A DNA stretch of 64,000 bases from Sarea resinae (lineage: Eukaryota). Where the stretch lies: assembly GCA_026026165.1 (NCBI GenBank), contig JAPEUD010000026.1, positions 186,001 to 250,000 on the forward strand, written 5' to 3'. The notes under the pieces were generated by a model. That model was not told where the DNA came from and did not search any database. It saw only the letters and a program-made list of their open reading frames with translations. Shown piece after piece: positions 23,201 through 36,615 of the stretch; within the stretch, counting starts at the first letter, position 1, and the number at the start of each line of letters is the position of its first letter. The position numbers were made by a program, and so were the translations under genes.

Positions 23201-24784
23201 CCGAGAGCCCACCCGCTGTGCCCGCCATGTGCGAAGGGCAGAGCACCAGCGAAGCCAACCCAGGCTCGTGTTCGTCTTCAGCTTCTATTTTCTCCAATCC
23301 TCGAGGAGCCGCACGGGTTTAGCGAGACGTCGACGCCGCAATCGACGATCTCCACCTGCTCCTCTATACTTCAAGTACGGAGAGCTGTCCCGGAACCGAT
23401 CACACAACACTATCGACGAATACCGGTAGTCCTGGATTCCATCTAATTGGAAACACTGCCGCTAGATCAATCGCATCCTGTACGAAGTGCTCTACAATCC
23501 GAGCAGACGCACGACTCCTTACTAACAGCCTGTTCCCCTGATCTCACTTTTCGCTCTTGCTCTTCTAGATCGGATCGTGGGGCTCGTTTCCGCCATCACC
23601 ATGCTCGGCCCTCGGACCTTTTGCATGCGCAAGTTATTAATCACACTTCACCCATCCCATCGACTACGTTTCCGGGGGTGGTGCAACAATTGTCCGAGAA
23701 ATGCATGATTCGATGGCTTCGACGCGTGAAGGGGACCGCATTGCATGGGGATGGCTGACGGCGATCACGCATCGTAAGCCCAAACCAAAGTTGAGGCCAG
23801 TCCCAGCGTGGAAGGAGCCTTATCTTCTGCTCTCTAGAGGGCCGTAGCATTGAGGGGTTGCGTGTCAGGAGGTGGTCGGGGTTACCGAGTCACGATTGTG
23901 TACTTCGTTTGCTCCATCTCCCATGCCCTCATGGAAGACCGTCATTGGGGTTCACGCTTTGAGGGTCGTCAGGACTCCGCGTACTGCGTACATCTATACA
24001 TCTAGTAGAAAGCAATTCGACAGCTTTGTACGGAGTATTCGTAAGCGCGAACGTCAGAGAAGTGCGGCACCCCTGGGCCCTGGCAGAGCCAAGTCATGGC
24101 GGAGCCAGAAGCACATCCCATCCCATCAAGCCAGCCAGCCAGCCAGCCAGCCGGCCAGGGTCATCAATACTCGAGTAGTGCATATCAGCATCAGGGTCAA
24201 TTACAGTTGCACTCGGTCGGCAAGAGCCGGGCCCGAGCTCTCGACCGGAATTCTCCTAGTTCTAGTGTCGATGGATCGATGTGTTCTAGAAGACTGACTG
24301 ATCTCCCTGGACCTCTTGGCCATGCTTAACAAGAGTTCATAAGCCTGACTAAGGCATCCATGACGATCATCTCTTAACGATGCTGATCGGCACGAGAAAA
24401 AGTCTTCCATTACAAGGGACGGCCTAGGCCCTGGTTGCAAGGAAATTAGATCAACATTGATACTGCATTGTGATTATTGATGCCTGATACTGTGTAGATA
24501 GCATGGAAGCCAGAGGAGCCAGCCAGCAGTGGCACTGGCCGCGCAAAGAGGATGTGGTACGGTAGAGCATAGGCCGTCATATCGTCATTTGGTCGCTGAC
24601 CGTTTCGCGTCCCGTACTGGATCTTATCGATTGCGAGAAACACCAATTTTGCCCCATCTCCATCATCATCATCATCATCATTATCATCATTACCAACACC
24701 ACCACCACCAGTGAACCGAAACGCATCGAATACCCGCATCCAAAACAGTCTGCACTCCAAAACAGAGTCTCCAATACCATCACC

Positions 24785-25551
24785 ATGGCGGAAAACGCCA
24801 ACCCCACCATCCTCGCTGCCTCGGACCTCCCGACGCGCCGCCCCGCCCAAGACCCCACCATTCAATCCTCCAAACCGCACTCCTTCCTCTTCGACACCGC
24901 CCTGCCGTCCGCGTATCCAGACCCCTTCAACCTCTCATCTACCCTCTCCCTCTCAGACGACTCAGACATCTCCGAACCCGAGGAGGGCGACGTCGACGAT
25001 GGTGCTCCGGAGCCGATTGACGAGCAGGAGATTTACGGTGAGTTTTGTTCCCTTTGTCTCCAGCCAAGACCATCCTCGGCATCGTTCCCTCCCCCCTCTG
25101 CCTGTCCGCGTGCCGATGGAATTCAAATCGAAAACCCGAGCTAATTGGGGCAAATCAAGATCTCATCGCGCCGATCTCGGACCCAGAACACCCGCTCACA
25201 CTCGGATCGCTCGCCGTAGTCAACCTCCCCGACATCTTTCTCCCCGCCCGCGCCCCTGCCAACCCTCGTTCTTCTTCCTCTTTCTCACCCACCATCCAAA
25301 CCGTCACCGTGCTCCTCACGCCCACCATCACGCACTGCAGTCTCGCGACCGTCATCGGGCTGGGCGTGCGCGTGCGCCTCGAGCGCGCCCTGCCGCCGCG
25401 CTTCCGCGTCGATGTGCGCATCAAGGAGGGCACGCATGCCAGCGCCGACCAGGTCAATCGCCAGCTCGCCGACAAGGAGCGCGTGGCGGCGGCGCTGGAG
25501 AACGCGACCTTGGTCGGCGTGCTCGGGAAGATGCTCGAGGGGTGTCAGTGA
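24785..25551 (+). CDS. CIA2: Cytosolic Fe-S cluster assembly component Cia2/MIP18 (FAM96B family); exons 24785-25037, 25160-25551
   Basis: ENANPTI; EIY|DLIAPISDPEHPLTLGSL; TPTITHCSLATVIGL; GTHASADQVNRQLADKERVAAALEN. Confidence 0.93.
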
Positions 25552-26201
25552 GGAGAGAGGGTTGAAATTTTGTTGTGTGGGGACGGGATCAGGAGGAGGA
25601 AGAGGAGGAGGGGGAGGACACGTGCTGCATGAAGAGCAAGCTTGAAGCTTTTTAAAAATTTACTGATCTTTTGGGGAGGGGGAGGGAGTCGGATCTTTTT
25701 TTTCTTCTTCCTACATATATATAGGGGCATCGCATACCTGGCGCTTCTCCTTCCCCCCCTTGCCCCCCCCCCCCAACCCCCACCCGCACCCGTTCTTTTC
25801 TTTATACTACTTCTTGGTCATGTCATGGCTTTTTCTGCGAGGGGCGTTCAGGTCATTGGAAAAGCCCTTTTATCACAACCACAATTACAATCACAATCAT
25901 GGAGAACATACTGTACTTACTGTACATCCTTTACATACAAAAGAAGCAGCAAGGAGGGCACCGATGATTGTTCTAGCTGTTGCCATTGCCGTTGCCATTG
26001 CCATTGCAACTTTTCTATCATTCTAGCTCGTTCATTCATCCCATCTTGCCATCCACATATTCACCTCTCTGTCCATCTATCCGCCCCGACGCACAAACCT
26101 CGCAGATCCCACAGACTCCACAGACCTCACAGTCCCTATAAGCCACGCCCCGCATCTTGCACCCCACCGATTCCAGATCCTAGTACCTACACTACACTAC
26201 A

Positions 26202-28024
26202 CTACACTACACCTCCTCGTCCATCTTCGAGCGGACAAGCATGTTGACTGTCCTTCCCGACACCGGCATCGTCATCGCGTCTGGGGTCAGGCGTCCTGGG
26301 TAGAATGGAGAGAGGGGAAGAGGAAAAGAGGGGAGGGGGAGGGGCGCGAGGGATGGCGGCATTGGCTTGCAGCTCGAGCCGCGCATACCATATCGAGGCG
26401 CCCAGAGCTAGAGTCATGCCTATGCTTTGCACAAAGGCCACGCGCGCGCGGGCGCGGGCGCGGGCAGGGATGTGGTCAGTTTTCTTTCTTTCTCTCTTTC
26501 TCTCTTTCTGTCGACCACTTTCTCTCTCTCTCTCTCTCTCACACACCCCCAAAATCCACCACAGCCACGACAACGACAAGAAGAAACAAAAACTTACCGA
26601 AGAGATTCACGCGCGTGACCTCCTGGACGCGGTGGGACCAGACGACGGCGAAACCGAGCACGAGGACCTGTTTCATGGCGCCGAGGACGGCCATGCTGAG
26701 CGCGCCGACGGTGTGGTTGGTTGTTAGGGAGGAGAGGTTGAGTGTCAGGGCGAGGAGGGCGTTGGTTGTTAGTGCTAGCGCTGTTGGTATCGTTGTTGGC
26801 GTTGGTGGTATCGTTGTTGGGGGTAGGGCTCCTGTCGATGCTGGCGTGCCTTTGCTGATATCGTTGATGTTGACGTTGATGTTGTTGTTCAGGAGGTCCG
26901 CGTGGGAGTGGTGTTGTAGAGGAGAAATAGACGGAGCAGATAGAAGCGCAGACAGCTCGCCGCTCAGAAAGGACAAGACCAGGCTCTGCACGAGTGCCAG
27001 CGGCGAGAGATACGCCAACAGATCGAAGGCGGACAGGCCTGGGGTCTTTTTCAACGGCGATAGTGAGGACGAGGAGGACGAGGCCGAGGGAGCTGGCTTC
27101 TGCAGGGTGTGCGTGTATACCGTTTTCAGCGCGGCTAGGAAGGCGCCGAGGATCGTCAGCGTAAAGGAGATTGCGGATAAAGCGTCATCGTCGTTGTTGT
27201 TCGCGGTACTGGTTTGCGAGGCTGCTGCTGCTGGGCCGGACGACGAAGACGAGGTCGCTGGAGGGGAAGTGGTGGCTAGAGCGACGCCGATGATCAGGAG
27301 GACCACGCATGCGTATGTCTGTGCTGGGTAGCGTTTCCCGCCCCTAGCCGATCCGGGCTGCAGACTGAAGGGATACCAGGTGTGGGAGAGCAGGAGCGTG
27401 AAGATGGGTACGCCGGCGCAGCGGAGGAGCTGGTGCGCTGGTAGGGCCGTGAGGTTGCTGTTCGAAATAGCCGGTCATGCAGTCAGTCAGTCGAGAATTT
27501 GCCAGCCAGCCCCTCCTTGATCGGCAGGAGTCTTGTTGTCTCTCTTAAGGAACGCATGGGCTGTTGAGATGGATGGATGGAACGCACAATTGAAGACGTA
27601 CTTTGGTAGTAAAAGAGATGGAAGACGCAACTCACAGCGAGACGTTACTGATGGCGATATTGACGGTATAGAGCACCGAAAAGGCCCGCAATCGCCAGAA
27701 ATTTCTCTTCGACAGGCATGCCCGTCGCCGCCGCCAATGTCCCAGTAGTGCACAGCCTAGGGCGCTGGCCGCTGCGTGGAGACCGGTGAGTAGGTAGGGA
27801 TATGGGAACTGATAGAGATTGTCAGTTTGCGGCTGTTGATGTGTGAAAAGGTGTAGGCTGGAGGGAATAGGTGAGGTATGCGGTGAGCTTACTGCTTTGA
27901 GCACTGACTTGTTACTGAGTGTCAGGCTGAGGTTCAGGATGAGATATGTGGCTAGGGAGGTGTAGATGGCGAGATTTGAGGCGCCGGTGGAGTTTGCTTC
28001 ATTGCTAGCTGCTCCGGATCTCAT
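26202..28024 (-). CDS. Triose-phosphate/nucleotide-sugar transporter (TPT/DMT family); exons 28024-27893, 27808-27636, 27457-26598, 26419-26202
   Basis: NLSLTLSNKSVL, FPYPYLLTGLH, FSVLYTVNIAISNVSL, HQLLR..VPIFT, LGAFLAALKT, DLLAYLSPLALVQ, VGALSMAVLGAMKQVL, GMTLALGASIWY; about 10 hydrophobic segments. Confidence 0.85.
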
Positions 28025-28358
28025 CTTGATAAGTGGAGATATTATCCTAGTTGGACACCAGATGAGATGATACAGATGTGCTTGAAGTGAAACTTTGTCG
28101 AGAAAAGAGACAGATGTCAAGTAAGAAGCACAAAACTCTCAGCACACAACACGAACTGAAGGGTGAAGGATAAGCTCTATGAAATACCAGACTATTCACT
28201 TTGACGATTATCAGTCTCGGTGCCGAACCTGTATGAAATTACTATTGAATGCTGCACGCTACATGCCATGAGACCGAATGCGCCGACCAATGCTCTCGCC
28301 GAATACCTACACCAGACCCCTACGCCCAACGACCAGGCTCTGCCGGACCAACTTCAGC

Positions 28359-29762
28359 TCAAGGCCCTCCTAATGGAGCTTGTCGCCGTCGCTGGTATCG
28401 TCTGACACCAAGCATAATTCCGCCCCACTTTGCTTCCTTCGGATTATACGCCGCCTTCACATCGAGGACAGCCATAGCATCAGTGCCTTGGATCTCGACC
28501 AGTCCAGACAAGATGACTGATCCTCGAGGTGGTACGAATGTAGGTGGTCTCCATTTCTTGGCAAGGGTCTTTGCGAATGTTGTAAAAGCCGAGTCCATTC
28601 CGGTGTTTGAGAGAGGAGAAATACTGGATGTTGCAGTCCTTGGGTCTTGGATCAACCATGATGGGAATCTCGACGGCTGCTGTTGCCCAGATGGGCCGTT
28701 CGAATCAGGTTTCTGCTCCTGTACGCGCCCTAACTGCTGTTCAAATTTCTCACGAATGCCCCCGAATTGCGAGTCATCCTGCTCCTTGGAATTGATCCGG
28801 AAAATGTCTTTCACCCTTTGATACTGGAGAGAGACTAGAGTCTTGTAGCTTGCCCAGCACGAGGAAGATAAAGCTTTGGGCCATAATGCGTGATGGAGAC
28901 GGTAGTAGTTTTGCGGGGTGACCGGTCTGATTGTCCACGCAATGTAGTCGTCACCAATCTCCAAACTGTTGCTAGAGTTAGTTATGGGCCTTTTACAGGG
29001 ATAAGGATAATTCTGGTCTTACCCGCTCCGTTCATACTCCGGAGGCGGCGCATTCGGAAAGTCAATATCGAGCCAATACCTCCCGACCCGAATGTCTTGA
29101 CCAAGTCTCCTACGGAAATTCTTGTCACGCGAGATTTGGTTGCCAACCATTCCCACCAGATCCTCTACAATGATAAACTCAGTCAGCAAGCTGGATCTCC
29201 CACTTTCGGATCATGTCGGTACCTCTAATCTTCTGAGCCTTTTGTCGATTGTTCGCCAACTTAATGAACTCTTGCCATTCCGGATCGCTGCCCTTGTAGA
29301 ACTTTCTCGGACACTGGCGGGCCCATCCGAAGGGTATGAAGATAGCGTCATCATCGGCAACCTCTGGAGGTAGCTCCCGTCTAGAGACTCGGCCGTCTTT
29401 TTGGTCTTTCGTGTCACCCTCTGCTTCCTCGTGCTGGATGTGATGTTGTTCCATAGCTCGCTCGCGCGTCTGGTTTGCGTGTTCCTCTTCCTCCTCCACC
29501 TCGCGGAATATTATCGGAATCCCATAGTTCCAGTATGCGTATAGGACAGCCCCGTAGACCAGGGCTGTCTGCGTCCGCCTAGGAGAACCATTAGTCCGAT
29601 ACGCATCGTGGTAGAGCACGAGACGACATACCGTTTCGAGAAGACCGGCCGCACGATGTGCACTCGCTGCAGGATCGGATTCTGATCATTATGAGAGAGC
29701 TTTGAGTAGTATCTCGGCCGCAGTCGACTCAGAGAAAAGAGGTTGCGCAAATGTCTGGACAT
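28359..29762 (-). CDS. Conserved fungal hypothetical protein (4 exons), possibly mitochondrial and single-pass
   Basis: Spliced ORFs give an Arg/Ser-rich N-terminus MSRHLRNLFSLSRLR, a TM-like LVYGAVLYAYW, then FIPFGW, FYKGSDPEWQEF, YWLDIDFPNAPPPEYERSG and PPRGSVILSGLVEI. Donors at 29631, 29222 and about 29022. Confidence 0.75.
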
Positions 29763-30244
29763 GAGCGGACGGCGTGGGGCAAGGCCCGCCTGAAGCTCGG
29801 CGAGCCTCTGCGCAAAGAGATGATGGCGGCGGGGGACGAGGTCGCCGAAGCACGCCGGGGGTAATGTGTCTGTCTCGATCTGGTGAGGACGGAAGAAAAT
29901 GAGTGATGAAGTTGCGTTGTTGGTAGGATTGTGATGAAGAGAGCTGTGGCTGTCCGGATCGATTGATCTCTGGGATCGATAATCGGTGCGCTTGATTGAC
30001 GTGGAGGGAGGGTCGAGGCTCAAAGCGGCACTGGCTGATGTCGGAGGCTCTTGGGACTTACGCTGTACTCTGGAGTACTGCACCCGCTGGAGGGCTACTC
30101 ATAGTACTCCGGAGTACTTGGGCTACGCCATCCAGACTGCCCGTCCAGATGTATCTTACCTTAGCTGCCCTAGCTGTCTCGATCGACGCAATCATCTCCA
30201 TCTTCATCTTCCTGGCCACCACCGCGGACCGTCAACAATCCAAG

Positions 30245-31745
30245 ATGAGGCTGTCGTCAAGCTGGTTGCTCATGGGCCTTGGCTCCGTGAGTGCGGCACG
30301 ATCAACAGCACCCGTCCACATCTTCGAGCCCAGCTCGCCACTATCACAAGCACAATCACAACATGCATCTAGAGCTGCCGAGGAACTGAGTCCGGAGACT
30401 GCAAGACTAGCCATTGCGCGGCGGCTTGGCTTGTCGCAGTTCCACAGTCTGGATGATGCAGACGATGGAACGATCAAGCAGCTGGAGAAGTTTGGCGGCG
30501 AGCGGGAACAGATACTTGGCGAGGAGAGCGGGGAGGGGAAGCCAGCGGTATTGCTGCTGATGGTCGAGGGCGTGGAGAATCCAGATGGTATGCCATCTCC
30601 CACGACATCATCTCCATGAATGCCAGTATCTAACGATGCAATCTTTAGATTTACTTGCCTCCGCCAGACACCCCTCGTTCACAATCTCGAACCCGCCGGA
30701 CGCTTCAGCCAACGAGAAACTAATGTTCGACCTGGAGAAGCAACTCGAGTTTCTGTCCGAGTATGAGGCAGAAGGGGAGCCTTCCACTCCCGCGAAGGAT
30801 TCAGAAGCTGATCCCGTATGCTCACCCCCTAGTTTCTCATCTGCATGCGTGCATCTAGCTTACTTCTTCCAGAACCGGTACTGGGGCGTTGACATCCTTG
30901 ACCCAACATTAACCAGCGAGGAACTCATCCTAGGCCTGAAGTCATTCAGGGACGCATTAGGGGACAGGTTCCTCGGTCGCAGCAGGAAAACCGACGGCGT
31001 CTCGGTGCTGCACCTGCGAACACTGCAGGTAATCACTACTCCTTTGTCTCTTTCAAATTTCCCTCCCCACTAACATACCACACCACAGAACATCGTCAAC
31101 AAAGAAGGCGCAGGCAGCAAATCCTACAAAACCGCCCTCCGCATCCTCTCGGACGCCCTGAAGACTCTCCCCCGTCTCGCCAGCGAAAACACGCAATCGA
31201 CGACCCTAATCCTCATGCCTGCATCCTCTTCAACCATTTCCCAAAAACGCTCCGCCAGCCCCTACGGCACCTACGACCTCCCCACCCGCCGCCAGCAACG
31301 CCAACCAGAAGCTCTCCTCTCTTCCGAGGCTCCAGCCCCACCACCACCGCAGTCCGCCCCCTCGTCCCCATTAGTCTCCATCCAAAACAACCCCGCAGCA
31401 GCAGCGGGGGCCGCATGCCACACCTCGCTCCACGCCTGCGAGACCAGCACGAACAACTGCTCCTCGCACGGCAGCTGCGCGCTCAGCCCTTCCAGACGCG
31501 ACTGCTACACCTGCCTCTGCACGCCCTCGATCCGCACCAACGACGACGGCACGACCAAGACCACCGTCTGGGTCGGCCCCGCCTGCCAGCGCAAGGACGT
31601 CAGCATGCCGTTCTTGCTGCTGGCCGGCCTCTCCGTCGCCCTGGTCGGCGCCGTCACATGGGGCGTGTCGTTATTGATGACCATGGGCGCCGAGGAGCTG
31701 CCGAGCGTGCTTAGCGCGGGCGTCGGCGGCGTGCGGCCGAAGTGA
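30245..31745 (+). CDS. DUF3844-family secretory/vacuolar-sorting type I membrane protein (exons 30245-30587, 30649-30815, 30873-31028, 31089-31745)
   Basis: Signal peptide; ARLAIARRLGLSQFHSL; C-terminal C..TNNCSSHGSC..CYTCLC..WVGPACQRKDVSMPF, a TM helix and EELPSVLSAGV. Confidence 0.85.
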
Positions 31746-31749
31746 TGCG

Positions 31750-32687
31750 ATGTAAATCCGAAGTGGGGTGGAGTAGGTGGAGAGTTCTGTTGCTGGAGAG
31801 GAGAGGGTAGATAGATACCTATCTTAGGTAGCTCGATGGGGTGCCTACCTGATTCGATTCCATCGTCGAGCGCGCCGGGTCTGCCATCCTATCCCCCCTA
31901 TCATATCCGTCTCTCCGTGTCTTCCTTCCTCAGCTACCTATCTTCCCATGTCTATTCTTTCTGTCTCTTGTAATGGTTATGTACGGTATTCTATCATATC
32001 ACGCGCATCTTCATCCTGTGCCTTTTCCCGTCCGTCTATCCGTCTGTCTGTCCTTCCGTCCCTATGTGACCCTGTCGACTCTATGAAACGGAAACGGAAA
32101 TGGGCAATGGAAATGGACAATTGAAATGGAAATGAGAAATTGAAGTGGAAACAGGGAAGTGGAAGTGGATGTAGAAGTGGAAATAGAAGTGGAATAGTCT
32201 ATACTCATTCCGCCCGATCCGTATATACGCACTCACTTACTCGTTTGCTCACTCAACCACTTTTATTAATTCAACATCAACATCAAAGCAAGTCGAGTCG
32301 AGCAAGCACCAGCACAAATACAAGCACCAGCACCAACGCGGCAACCGGCCAATCGGTCAATCGGTCGATCGATCGGTTAAACGTAATATATCGAGATAAA
32401 CCCCCCAAAACCAAAGGAAAAAAAAAACCCATAGACGCTTATTGTGATTCATTTCATGGTTTCTTTGATGGAGCTTTGATACTCAAGTCTCCCCCCTCCC
32501 CCCTCCCCCTTTCCCCTTTCCCGTTTCCCTTCCCTCCCCCCCCCCCCAAAAAGCTATCCTCTTTACCCCTTTCTGTCCTCCTTCAACCACACAAATACAG
32601 ACCCAGACCCAGACACAGACACAGACACACTTATGCATATGCATATACTATACACGCACAAACCAAAGAACGAAGAAACAAACCAAA
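31750..32687. repeat. Microsatellite-rich convergent spacer (GGAAAT/GGAAGT hexamers, C-runs, AGACAC units)
   Basis: Direct reading. Confidence 0.7.
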
Positions 32688-35600
32688 TCAAGCACCAAAG
32701 GCCAAACCCTCCCTCTGATCATCAGTGAGCCGGCCCCACTCCAACAGCAGCCGAAAGAAATAAACCTCCATATCCTCCTTCCGGACGACCTTCTGGCTCC
32801 AGTATCGGCCGGCCTCGGCGATCCGCATGGCTTCTTTCTCGTGGCCCGCCCACTTGACACGGCTGATGTCTTTCCCGATTCGCTTTCCAGCCCCGGCGGC
32901 GGCGGCGCCGTCGACGCCCTCGAAATACGCGAGTAGGCTCCAGACACCGCCGAGCCGCAGATCGACGGGCACGAAATGCATCCAGGCCGCGAGGCGGTGG
33001 TGGTACCATTCGCGGAAGAGCGCGCTCTTGAAGGGCAGGGAGCGCGATTGCAGGAAGGGGAGGAAGCGGCCGCTGAAGCCGGCTCCGTCGACATCGAAGA
33101 GGTATTTGTGGCGCCAATGGGCCTGGAAGTCTATTGGTTGCGCAAAGGGAAATTCGGCTTTCTGGGCGGAGCAGTCGGGACCGCCGCAGCGTGCAATCGA
33201 GGAGACGATGGAGGCATTGAGGGGCGGTAAGATGCTGGCGAGGTCGGAGGGCGATAGCGAGACGTAGCGGTATTGGGAGGGGTGCCCTTGGTTTGTGGAA
33301 GAGGTGGGCAGGAGGACGGATTGGGCGTCTGTGAGGTTGGACGAGAGGTGCGCCAGGCGTTGGCGCGTCATTCCCTTCCAGGTTCCCGTGCCTGGCGAAA
33401 CGCCCTCTGAGGTGGCGCCGCGCCAGAAAAGATCCGGTCCCTTTTCCGGGAAGGGCGGGTCGGGGTGAAGTTCCGTGGGGTCGTAGATGACTTTGTCGAT
33501 GTAGTTCCAGGCAGAGGGGTAGAGTATATCGGCGTAGGGGTGAGGTCGACTCTGAGAGAAAACGGGCATGAGATCGTGCGTTGTTTTAAAGGCGGCGGGG
33601 GAGAGGTAGAAGCCGTGGAGGCGGGCGAGGTCGGGCTGGTGGCACGGCGAAGAGGCTAGGGTCCAATTTTGCACAAATTGACCGAGAGTATGGGGGTATA
33701 GGCAGGAGATGCAGACGTCACGCGTATTCCATGAGCGGGCTGTGCGGGCTGCGGAGTTCGGTGGACATCCAATGGAGCCGTAGGTGTCAAAGGTGTTGTG
33801 GAAGGAGGAATCGACGAAGCGGGTGGTGGTAAGAGATGATGACGGGATTGGTTTCCATCCTTCCGCGCGGCTCTCGGACCAGTTACTAGTTGTGGTGGCA
33901 GCAGTGAGGGCAGCAATGCGGCCGGCTTTGCGCATTTTCTCCATCTCTTCGTAAGGCACGGCGACGCGAGATTCGTCGTTGAGATTGAAGGCGAGATCCA
34001 TGTCCGGCAGGAATTGCGCAAAATTGCGAATCATGGACGCGACTCCATCGAGCATCCATCGATGAGTGGGTAATACATTGGGACTCAATTGGACTTCTCC
34101 ATTGCGAATGCTTATACCTGATATCTCGTTCCATGGATTGGATATCATTTCCCATGTCCTGAGCCGAATCTCCTTGGGGGATAGCGACCAGAATGGTAGC
34201 AGATCGTCGTTGATGCTATCAAAGTCGTCGATGATCAGGGATCCTCGAGTGGTGGCGTACTTGTACCATTCGTCAAAATTTCTATTTGGAAAGTTAGCAA
34301 TAGAACGCTCATCTGCAAACGCATAGGGACACTGACGGCGGAGGCGCTCGGTTGTATCTCTTCCGATACTCTCCCATGGCCTGTCCAAGACCCATGCTCT
34401 TTGAAGCTTGCTTGAACCATGCATCGTGCTCCGATTTTGCCTCGTATATGAGCATATCGATAGGATGAAATGTCACCTCGGTCGACCTCCAGAATTCTAA
34501 AGATAATCTTACTAAGAAGAAACAGATAAAAAGCACGTAAATCCAAGTGGGTATATGCGAAGAAGACCGCGAGAGTGACTCCGTGCGCAAATACAGAAAG
34601 ATCCCCACAAAAAGCAAAAATGTGGAAAGAAGTACAGTGCTCGCTGAGACCGGAGGAAATGGATGATGATTCACCCAAGCCAGCGTGATGCCTGATACAG
34701 AGGCGCTCGTAAAGGTGACTATCAAGGAAAATCCGAGCAAGCCGAGTTGGGGTAGCTTAAAACTGTCAGTGGGAGGATTCTGTTTCAGCCAAAGGTCAGA
34801 CTTACAGCTTGCAATCCCGAAATGACAGAAAAAGCTATGAGTATATTCTGCCAAAGTATGGTGCCGATTGAAGCTTTAGGAAGACTGCCAATCCAGCTGC
34901 GATACTCGGGCTTGAAAGCAAATAGAATAGCGCCAATGAGTAGCCAAATAGTAGCAGACGCCTGAGATCCGGTTAGAAACATCGTCTGCGAATAAGTGCG
35001 ATGCAAAGCGAATTTGACTTACAAGACATATCCAGGCAACGACCAAAGGACCCTTGTTGCCTTTTCCGTTGCTTTCCCTCCTCTTGCTGTTGACAATCTC
35101 ATTGATGACGATTAATATGAAGCAGTCTGATAGGACTGAAATGAATTGCAGAGAAGGAACGGTGAAAATATTGCGCTGCGCAAGGGGGCATATGTAAGTC
35201 GACCGAGGTCCGGCTTGTATTCTCGCATTTAGCAAGGCACCCCAACTGATGAACAGTGTCGGGATTAGATATCGAGAGCGGTTTCTTGAGAATGACTGTA
35301 ACAAAACGTCATAGCCACTGAGCCCGAAGTCATCATCTGCTTCTTCTGGAGGGGATGGCCGAGTGCGAAACTTCAAGAAAAGGTCGTAAAGGCCGAGAAG
35401 GAACGGAATCAAGACCTAAGTTTCGTGATGAATCTCAGCGGGCCAGCCAATTCGAGGATCGATTGAGACATACCTCAAAGCCAGGTTTGGAACATTGCCA
35501 ATTCTTGAGGATGCGTCGCAAAAGCTCCAGACGGATACAGACCGCAAGGATTGCTGCTATAAAGAGAAAGCGCAACGTTCGCACATTGTAAGGTTTCGTG

Positions 35601-36043
35601 TTTGTGTCAGGATCAGGAGAGGCAGCCCGCAGTGGGTGTGGCTGTAGGTCCTCTAACGGTAGGGCCGTGTATTGTTGGTCCTTGGCCGAGGCATTGAACA
35701 GTCTTGGGCTAACCTTGCTCAGAGCGTAAATCGCCAGGGCAGAGAGCAGCAGTGTGATGATCGAGGTATGGATCGGTTTCTCTGCCGAACGGTCAATTGC
35801 CGCGGTCCCGTTTGATCAGGAGGAGTAGAGCAAGCATCCATCATGCGTCATGCATCGCAGCATCGCAGCATCGCAGCATCGCAAAGGGAGGACTAACCGA
35901 ACGCATAGTAGGAATTGCTGTGAGACGCAGAGAGGATGGAGATGCCCAATATCAATCCGCTATAAGCTTCGTTAGTATCATGCGTAGATGCCGATAAAAG
36001 GCAAGAAAACAGACCAGAGCGCGGCCTGGGGAGCCCCATCCAT
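32688..36043 (-). CDS. Glycosyltransferase family 90 (CAP10/Cxt1-like) with N-terminal multi-TM region; multi-exon, start tentative
   Basis: EYRKRYNRAPPP|NFDEWY, PDMDLAFNLNDESRV, DILYPSAW, LFWRGATS, KYLFDVDGAGFSGRF, FREWY..HFVPVD, RKEDMEVYFFRLLLEWGR. The 5' exons (MDGAPQAAL|CGLILG..AF|EKPIH) were reconstructed by eye. Confidence 0.88.
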
Positions 36044-36615
36044 GGCATGAGGGGTTATCGTCAGGGTTCAAGAAGGGCAGAAGGGCGCAAGGGCGAGGGC
36101 GAGAGCGCAATGCCTTGATATAGGAGGCCTACAAGCAATAATGAACAGGATGGAGAAGCCGATGAAGATATGACGGCTATATCAAAGGAGTGAAAGGGTA
36201 AATGGAAGGACTGATGCTCAATGTCTGGCTTCACGCTCCCATATCTCGTCGTAAGTCGCGATCATTGAAGGTTGATCGGGTACCTACCTAACGAGGTACC
36301 GTTTAGCAGCCAAGTCGGGAATCAGCTTGCTTCCTTTAGCGTCCCGATTAGAGTCGGCAGAATCTTTCTCGTGCGCCGATATAGAAACACCGAAACAAAA
36401 TTATATTGCGCCTGCTACGACCATATCACGAACACGAGTCCGCCACGCGAAGAGAGGAGGAAGGTTGTGATCATCACGGAAATCGCTCTCATTGTGGCAG
36501 CTGGAAAGGATCACCACTACAGCGGGACGAGGAGACGGCGATCGACTAGAGCTTGAGCCCGGCCGGTGGAGGAGGAAGAAGAAGAAGAAGAGGGAAAAGA
36601 AGTCGCGGAGTCGAG

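Noticed and set aside
26615..27331. 238-aa plus-strand ORF
   Set aside because: Antisense shadow of the GC-rich TPT exon.
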